Shown here piece after piece: positions 57,267 through 64,000 of a stretch of 64,000 nt of DNA; within the stretch, counting starts at the first letter, position 1, and every line of letters begins with the position of its first letter. Made by a program: the position numbers and the translations under genes. The stretch is from contig JAYTTT010000379.1 in NCBI GenBank assembly GCA_043744895.1, positions 59,745 to 123,744 of the forward strand, read 5' to 3'. The notes beneath the pieces were generated by a model. It was not told where the DNA came from and did not search any database. It saw only the letters and a program-made list of their open reading frames with translations. Source of the stretch: Gemmatimonadota bacterium (lineage in GTDB: Bacteria; Gemmatimonadota; Gemmatimonadetes; Gemmatimonadales; GWC2-71-9).

Positions 57267-59452
57267 ATGTCATTCGCGCTGCTACTGTTAGGCGTGCTCG
57301 CGGTCGGTCCCGGCAAGCCCGGTGATGTCGTCATTCAGCGCGACGAGTACGGGGTCCCTCACATCTTCTCCTCCTCAATTGAAGGCGGCTACTACGGCCT
57401 TGGCTACGCCCAAGCGGAGGACGTGCTCGGCGGCATCCTGATGCTCGTGCTCCGGGCCCGGGGCGAACTGGCCGGGGCCATGGGGGCGGCCTACCTCCCG
57501 TCGGACCTCGAGGAGCGACGGTGGCGGCACGTCGAAGCGGCCGAAGCGGGATTCCAACGACTGAGCCCGACACTCCAGTCGGCGTACCGGCAGTACATCG
57601 CCGGGATTCAGGCCTTCATCGTGACGCATCCGGCGGCGGTGCCGTCCTGGGCTCCGAAGCTGGTCACCCGGGACGCCATGGCCCTGACCCGCTCGGTCCT
57701 CTGGGCAGGCTACCAGGCCGGCATCGGGCTCGCTGATTGCCGCCGCGGCGGAGTGAAGCTTGCCGAGGCGGGGCCGGTGTTCCGGGGCGCCCAACCGTCG
57801 GTGGCGTCCGATGAATGGGCCCTCGCTCCATGGCGGACGGCTGCGGGTGCGACCATCGTGCTCAGCGATCCCCATGGCGGAATCGACGGCTCGCTCTTCT
57901 ACGAATACCGAATCCACGCCGGACCGCTCGAATCGGCCGGATACGCGCTAGGTCCGATGCTCCTGCTGGCCCACAACCGCACCCTCGGCTGGGGCGAAAC
58001 GACCGGCAGTCCCGACGTTGCCGACTGCTATGAGGTCGAGGTCGATCCCGCCAATCCGTTGCGATATCAGTACGACGGCAAGTGGCGGACGATGGAAACC
58101 CGCCGCGAGACCTTCGCGGTCAAGGACAGCCAGCCGGTGACCCGGACCATGGAGTACACCCGCCATAACGGCGTCCTCTCGCCGGTGGTGGCCCGAGTGG
58201 GCAACAAGGCCTACGTGGTCAGCACCGCCTACATGGATTCCCTGGCGACGCCGGCATTCGATGAAGAGGTCTACCGTTTGAACCTCGCGAAGAATGTCTT
58301 CGAGGCCAAGGAGGCAATGCGGGCCTTGGGCGTGTTCCCCCAGAACTTCATGTTCGGAGATGCCGATGGGAACATCTGGTACCTTCGGGCCGGCCGGACC
58401 CCGGTCCCGCCTAACGGCTTCGACTGGACCCGCCCCGTGCCGGGCAACACCTCGGCCACCGCGTGGCGCGGCCTCCATCCGCTCGACGATCTGGTGCAGG
58501 TCCTCAATCCGCCCGAAGGATATCTGTCGAACAACAACATCGCCCCTGACATGATGCTGCCGGAGCCCCCGGTCGCGGCGGAGCGGTACCCGAGGTACCT
58601 CTTCAACGAGACCCCGGGCCGAACCAACACCCGGGGTCTCCGGGCCATCGAAGCCCTGTCCCGGGCCTATGCGTTCACGGTGGACGACGCCATCGACCTG
58701 GCGCTCGACGAGAAATGGTATGGCATCGAACGGTGGCAGCGGCTGCTTCAGGGGGCGCTCGCCCTTGATCCGGGGTCGATCCGAACGAAGCCGCCCGAGT
58801 TCCGGCGGTTCGCCGATGCGATCCTCCGGTTCGATGGCCAGGCACGAGTGGCCTCGACCGCTGCGCTCAAGTTTGCCTACTGGCAGGAGGCGATGGGGTT
58901 GTCGATCGAAGCGCCCCTGCTGGCCGAGCTCGATCGGGCCTTGGCATCGACCGCGAACCCGCCGGCCCCGGTTGCCCGGGCGGTGACCGACGCGATCGAC
59001 ACCGCCCTCGCGACGCTCCGGCGCCGGCACGGCCCCGGTGATCCGACGTTAGGCGATGAGTTCCGGGTTGGCCCCGGAAGCCAGACCTGGCCGATCGGCG
59101 GGGTGTCCATTCTGCCCAAGAACCGCGGCCAATGCGCCGTGCCGGTCCAATGGGATTGGGCCTGCCTGGTTACGCTCAGGGCAATGACCTTCGGCCCGCC
59201 GGACTCGGCCGGCCGGCGACGGGCATTTCTTGGCTCCCGAGCGCTCCGGTTGATCAGTTTCGAGAAGCCGATCCGTTCCTACTCGCTCCACCTCTTCGGC
59301 CAGAGCAGCGACCCAAGTCGCCCCACGCGACCGATCAGATTCCGTTGCCGAGCGAGCGCCGGCTCAAACCCGAGTATTTCGAACCCGCCGAACTCGAGCG
59401 GCACACGGTGTCAACCACCCGACTGACCATGGAGATTCGTCCCAATGACTAG
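57267..59452 (+). CDS. Penicillin acylase (Ntn-hydrolase S45) family protein, probable 1-nt frameshift near 59313
   Basis: RDEYGVPHI, GYAQAED, Ser nucleophile SDEW, DPH and NNN. The GQSSDP-KSPHATDQ motif is completed only by changing frame into ORF 59132..59452. Confidence 0.88.
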
Positions 59453-59850
59453 CCGCGCACGTCAAGCCTGGATCAGCGTCGGCATCGTCTCGGCCTGCCT
59501 TGGGATCGAGCCAAGCCGGGTGGCCGCCCAGGCCGGCCAAGGCCGATGGGATGTGACCCAACCCCGCGGCAAGACCCGGGAGATTGATTTCGTCACCGAC
59601 GAAGGCACCTATATGTCGGTCGATCTCTCGCCCGACGGGCAGTGGGTGGTCTTCGACCTCCTGGGGCATGTCTACCGAGTGAGCAGCACCGGCGGCGACG
59701 CGGAGAGCCTGACCCAGAACAGCGGGATTGCCCTCAACTATCATCCCCGGTATTCGCCCGACGGCCGGGAAATCGCTTTCATCTCGGACCGTCGCGGGCA
59801 AGACAATCTCTGGGTCATGAACTCGGATGGGTCGAACCCCCGTCCCCGCG
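59445..59850 (+). pseudogene. 5' fragment of a secreted PD40/TolB-like beta-propeller protein
   Basis: TDEGTYMSVDLSPDG..VVFDLLG and PRYSPDGREIAFISDRRGQDNLWVMNSDGSNPR, then an abrupt loss of similarity. Confidence 0.75.
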
Positions 59851-59862
59851 ACGAGGAAACCC

Positions 59863-60176
59863 ATGGCGTCAGACCCGGCCTTCGCCCCCGCGTTTCCACT
59901 GCCATACTACGCCGTCATCTTCGCCTGGCGGCCACCCAACCCGGATATCTCGGCATCGAAACCGCCCGCGGAGCGGATGGATTTGGAATCACCGTGTCCT
60001 ATTGGGAGACCCCTGAGGCGATTCGAGACTGGAAGGAACACGCCGAGCACCTCGTTGCCCAGGAACAGGGAGTCAACCACTGGTACGAGCACTATGAACT
60101 GAGAGTGGCCAGAGTAGAACGGGCGTATTCAGGGCCGATCGGGCGGCTCCACCTCACCGCATGGACCTCGACCTGA
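59863..60176 (+). pseudogene. Antibiotic biosynthesis monooxygenase (ABM) family gene with internal deletion/frameshift near 59922
   Basis: GAGGA RBS and MASDPAFAPAFPLPYYAVIF in one frame; LAATQPGYLGIETARGADGFGITVSYW...HLVAQ..G...WY...RVARVERAY in another. Confidence 0.8.
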
Positions 60177-60217
60177 ATCGGTTCCCGGAACCGGGGGGCC
60201 CCAATCGGCGTTGATCG

Positions 60218-61630
60218 ATGGTGACGACCACCAGCCCTTGCAGCGGATGCGGACGCCCGTTCGATTGGGCCATTCTTGCCCAAGCCTTCGATTTTGCCTA
60301 TTGGCACCGGCCCGACGGAGCCTGCCCCGCCTGCGTTCAGCAAGAGCTCCTCACGTCACTGTTGTCAGAAGGCGAAGAGCTTTTTCAAGGCACGGTTCAA
60401 CGAACCTGGCCGCTCGACGCCGAAGCCGCGTTCGGCGCGTTACCGACCCCGCTCCGCCTCCATGCCGATCCGAGGTACAGCGGGCAGGGCGTCACCATCG
60501 CCGTGGCCGACTCGGGGTTCACGGCCCATCCCGATCTGATTCACCCTGATAACCGGATCCGGGCCTGGGTCGACGCCACGGTCGACCCGCCCATGGCGCA
60601 CCGATTCGGACCGAACGATACCCCCCGCTGGCCCGGATCGGATCAGGCAGCCGACCACCAGTGGCACGGAACGATGACCAGCGTGGTGGCCGCGGGCAAC
60701 GGCTTCCTGAGCCATGGACTCTATCGGGGCCTGGCGTGGCGATCCGACCTGATCCTCCTCCACCTCACCGGCGCCGACGGCCGGATCGACGACTCGAGCC
60801 TCCTCCGCGCCTTGGCTTGGATCGCGGACCACCGAACCGAGTACCAAATTCGAGTCGCGAGCCTCTCGGTGGCCGGCGACGCCGCGGCCACCGCCGGGGT
60901 CGGGCCGGTCGATCAGGCCGTCGAACACCTGGTCGACCTCGGCGTCACGGTGGTTGCGGCGGCCGGCAACGATGGCCACCGCCGGCTGATCCCGCCGGCC
61001 ACCGCGCCCCGGGCCATCACCGTCGGTGGGCTGGATGACAAGAACACGGTCGATGCCAAGGATCGAGCCCTCTGGCACAGCAACTTCGGCGACTCAGCCG
61101 CAGGGATCCCCAAACCCGAACTCGTCGCCCCGAGCATCTGGGTGGCGGCCCCGGTCCTCCCCGGGTCGGCCATCGCGACCGAAGCCCGCCGGCTCTTCGA
61201 TCGTCGGGCCAAGGCCGGCGCCGACGTGCTCGATCGAATCCGCGAGCTCAAACTGATCACCCCGTACTACCAGCATGTCGACGGCACCAGTTTCGCCGCC
61301 CCGATCGCAGCCGGCACCGTCGCCGCGATGATCGAGGTCAACGGGTCGCTCACGCCGCGGCTCATCAAAGAGATTCTGATTCGGGCGGCGGAGCCGGTGG
61401 CGGGGGCGTCGCCGGAGCGGCAGGGCGCCGGAGCGCTGAACGCGGGGCGGGCAGTGGCCCTCGCGGCGGTGGAACGACACCGCTGGACCGGCGCGCCACC
61501 GACCGCGCCGATCGCCACCGTCACCGGGCCGTCCTTCCTTGTCCACGATCATCGCGCCACGAGTGTGGAGATCTTCGGATCGTGGAACGGCTGGAGTGCC
61601 CCGGTCGTGGCCATTGCTCGCGAGCGCGGT
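60218..61630 (+). CDS. S8 (subtilisin-like) serine peptidase with N-terminal CxxC...CxxC; C-terminal domain truncated
   Basis: Triad ADSG / WHGT / GTSFAAP and oxyanion AAGN. A CBM48-like domain starts (VEIFGSWNGW) and is then interrupted; the ORF as given runs to 61810. Confidence 0.85.
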
Positions 61631-61769
61631 ATTCGGCATCGATCCCGCCGCCCCGTTGTTCCAAATGCTGGCGCCAGCCGGCCTTCTGGTGGTGGCGACG
61701 ATCGCGTGTTTCATTCCCGCCCGGAGGGCCGCGCAGGTAAGCCCCCTCACGGCAATCCAGGCCGAGTGA
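61610..61769 (+). pseudogene. Orphan 3' end of a MacB/FtsX-type ABC permease
   Basis: LLASAVFGIDP...LLVVATIACFIPARRAAQVSPLTAIQAE* is a typical permease C-terminus with no upstream gene body. Confidence 0.75.
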
Positions 61770-61853
61770 GTGGAACCTTGGTTCCAGCGGAGCCGACCCG
61801 GGGCCGGTAGCTTGGCTTCACGACCCGATTCCGACCCGACACATGGAGCCCCA

Positions 61854-62426
61854 ATGCGTGCCATACTCTGTGCCACCCTGCTGCTGGTTCCGTCCCTGGT
61901 CCGCGCCCAAGAGCATAAACACACCCCTGGCATGGTCCACCCGACCAACAGCGCGGCGACGACGCTCCCGACGCTCGCCGGTCAGGACGCCTACGCGGCG
62001 GTGGCGGAGGTGGTCCGAATCCTCGACGCCGACAGCACCACCGACTGGTCCCGAGTCAACCTCGAGGCCCTGCGGCAACACTTGATCGACATGAACGAGG
62101 TGACTCTGCATTCGGCGGCTCGCCAGACTCAGGTCGACGCCGGCCTTTCGATCGAGGTCACCGGCGAAGGCCGGGCCTTGGAATCGATTCGGCGGATGAT
62201 GGCGGCGCACACTCCGATGCTCGACGGGTTGCCGGACTTCGTCGCGACGAGCGCGGTCATTCCGAACGGGGCGCGGCTCATCGTCCAGGCCGAGAATCCA
62301 GCCGACCGGAAGATGATCGCCAAAATTCGAGGACTCGGCTTCATCGGCCTTCTGACGGTCGGCGAGCACCATGCGGGGCACCACCTCGCCCTGGCGCGGG
62401 GGGACGCGATGGCGCACTCCCACTAG
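61854..62426 (+). CDS. Secreted His/Met-rich conserved hypothetical protein (possible metal binding)
   Basis: Signal peptide; HKHTPGMVH, GQDAYAAVAEVVRIL, TDWSRVNLEALRQHLIDM and HHAGHH...MAHSH. Confidence 0.75.
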   Translation: MRAILCATLLLVPSLVRAQEHKHTPGMVHPTNSAATTLPTLAGQDAYAAVAEVVRILDADSTTDWSRVNLEALRQHLIDMNEVTLHSAARQTQVDAGLSIEVTGEGRALESIRRMMAAHTPMLDGLPDFVATSAVIPNGARLIVQAENPADRKMIAKIRGLGFIGLLTVGEHHAGHHLALARGDAMAHSH

Positions 62427-63123
62427 CGAGATCGTCGAGCATCGCCAGATCGAGAATTTCCAGCCTCCCGGCGCCGCGAGAGCGAATCACTCCCAGCCGG
62501 CGCAGGGCAGCCAGTTCTCGCACCACGACTTCCCGGACCGTTCCTAGCTCCTCGGCAAGGCACTCCTGGGTGACGCCTAACGATATCACCGGCCCCAGGC
62601 CGGTCCGGGCCCGGGCCACAATCCATGCGGCGAGCCGGGCCCGGACACTGGTGAAGACCAGGCGATCGAGCCGGTCGATGAGGCCTCGAACCCGAAGGGC
62701 CAGCCCGGTCAGGAGCCGGAACGCGAACTCCGGATCGGCCGCCAGTGCCGCACGGACCGCAGTGCGGGGAAAGACGAGACAACGGGTTGCCTCGGTCGCC
62801 GTCGCGGTGGCGGGATAGGAAGAGCCGGTGAAGAGCGGAACCTCCCCCAATGACCCGCCCGGCCCTTCCTCGTGAACCACCTGGCCGCGACCAACGGTTT
62901 CACGAACGACCCGAACCCTTCCCTGGACGACGACGAAAAGACCTTTGGCCTCGTCCCCGGCGCGAAACAGGACGTGGCCTCGCGGGTACCGCCGGTCGAG
63001 ACCGCCGGCGGCGAGCGCCGCGAGGGCGGGGGCCGTGAGGCCGGCCAGCAACTCGACGTCCGAGAAGGCCGCCCGGCTCGTGATCACGGCGGCGAGGTCC
63101 GGCAGTACCGCCCTCCGGTGCAT
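62341..63123 (-). CDS. Crp/Fnr family transcriptional regulator
   Basis: LFRAGD, GEVPLF...YPATATA, TSVRARLA and TQECLAEELGTVREVVVREL HTH. Both ends uncertain; 86-nt overlap with the convergent gene. Confidence 0.88.
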   Translation of the reverse strand: MHRRAVLPDLAAVITSRAAFSDVELLAGLTAPALAALAAGGLDRRYPRGHVLFRAGDEAKGLFVVVQGRVRVVRETVGRGQVVHEEGPGGSLGEVPLFTGSSYPATATATEATRCLVFPRTAVRAALAADPEFAFRLLTGLALRVRGLIDRLDRLVFTSVRARLAAWIVARARTGLGPVISLGVTQECLAEELGTVREVVVRELAALRRLGVIRSRGAGRLEILDLAMLDDLASGSAPSRPPAPGRGGAPHGARRPSEGR

Positions 63124-63998
63124 CGGTCGGGAACATAGGTTTCGCTCTCGACCAGCCAGCGCCCATCGACCTGCCGCCACTTGGCGAAGTAGACCCCGCC
63201 GATGGTGAGTGGTCCGTCGGAGTCCGTCCAGCCTCCGGTCCACCGCCCCTCTTCGCCGGCCATGCCCCAGGCGCCAAAGATTTTCACATCGGACGGGGTC
63301 CGCCGGTACCGAACATCGGGACGGGATTCGAACTGTTCCGCGAAGCGCCGAAGGTTGGGATCCCGGCCGGCCATCACGATCGAGTTGGACGTCACCACGA
63401 CGACATTCGGCGCGAGGATCGCCCCGATGCCCGCGGTATCGTGCCGCGCGATGGCGGCGTTCGATTGTTCCCGAAGCGAGCGAATGGTCCGGGCATCCGG
63501 CCCGCCGGTCGTATCGTCAGCCGGCGACCACAGGGGGCCCGGAGTGAGGTGCCGGGGCACCCGGCGTTGGGGCCCCGGCGGCGCCTGGAACGAGGTGTGC
63601 CGGTGGACCACGACCCAGCGACCCGCCCGCCGTTCGAACACCAGCGATTGCCGTCCTTCATCCACCGTTGTGTCACCCGTTGCCTCGAGAACCTCGAGCC
63701 GGAAATTGGCGGCCAGCCACGCCACCTTGCCGCGGGCGCGAACGTCGAGGATCTCGTACTTCGAGCGGACCGTGCCGCGGCCGGCATTGGCGAACATGTT
63801 GCGATAGAGGGTGTCGACCCGCGGCCACCCCTGAAGCTGCCGGCGCTCGAAGAAGAAGACACCCGACGAGTCGTGAGCATAGTAACGATCGATGAACGCG
63901 GGATCGCGCCGCTCCCAAGCCTGGTTGAATTGCTGAAACAGCGACGAGACTTCCCGGGCCGAACGGTCGTCGGCCCGGGTCTGAGCCGATCCGTGATC
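63084..63998 (-). CDS. Tandem NTF2-like (SnoaL/DUF4440) domain protein (5' end off the window)
   Basis: Frame is open to the window edge (…VSSLFQQFNQAWERRDPAFIDRYYAHD…); two domains ending WVVVHRHTS and YFAKWRQVDGRWLV. Confidence 0.82.
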   Translation of the reverse strand, partial: DHGSAQTRADDRSAREVSSLFQQFNQAWERRDPAFIDRYYAHDSSGVFFFERRQLQGWPRVDTLYRNMFANAGRGTVRSKYEILDVRARGKVAWLAANFRLEVLEATGDTTVDEGRQSLVFERRAGRWVVVHRHTSFQAPPGPQRRVPRHLTPGPLWSPADDTTGGPDARTIRSLREQSNAAIARHDTAGIGAILAPNVVVVTSNSIVMAGRDPNLRRFAEQFESRPDVRYRRTPSDVKIFGAWGMAGEEGRWTGGWTDSDGPLTIGGVYFAKWRQVDGRWLVESETYVPDRCTGGRYCRTSPP

Positions 63999-64000
63999 GA

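Noticed and set aside
30598-59452. Beta-lactam biosynthesis cluster (isopenicillin epimerase-like plus penicillin acylase)
   Set aside because: Genes are more than 25 kb apart, belong to broad families, and no ACV synthetase or IPNS is present.
1-64000. tRNA, rRNA, intact IS/transposase, integrase, prophage, reverse transcriptase or DGR
   Set aside because: No such motifs were recognised and intergenic spaces are short; a small RNA could still have been missed without covariance-model searches.

Overview
A 64-kb, GC-rich, gene-dense bacterial chromosomal segment. Gene content (Tat- and Sec-exported hydrolases, MacB-type permeases, LVIVD/DUF305 pair, carboxypeptidase-regulatory domain protein) suggests Gemmatimonadota, which is an inference only. 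It holds about 50 CDSs, mostly secreted or periplasmic amide/peptide hydrolases and redox enzymes. I found no rRNA, tRNA, CRISPR array, integrase or intact transposase. Main points: (1) a seven-gene minus-strand operon at 40.1-49.3 kb (iorAB-like, abmA, enoyl-CoA hydratase, acyl-CoA dehydrogenase, RidA, isatin-hydrolase-like cyclase) that reads as an isatin -> anthraniloyl-CoA catabolic route with no CoA ligase; (2) a small signal-peptide protein at 30.1-30.5 kb that joins an Hcp-like (T6SS tube) motif to a T3SS-needle-like C-terminal helix, next to a VapBC pair; (3) a quinohaemoprotein PQQ alcohol dehydrogenase with the D-x-D lanthanide motif; (4) an HTH/P450/cyclase and amino-acid dehydrogenase block between two paralogous pentapeptide-repeat genes; (5) an ATPase/DUF234 gene behind a repeat-rich AT island; (6) a structured intergenic region at 2.8-2.95 kb. 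At least five apparent internal deletions or gene chimeras and two homopolymer frameshifts suggest assembly/consensus errors or local decay, so fused ORFs should be treated with caution. All family calls come from motif recognition, not database searches.
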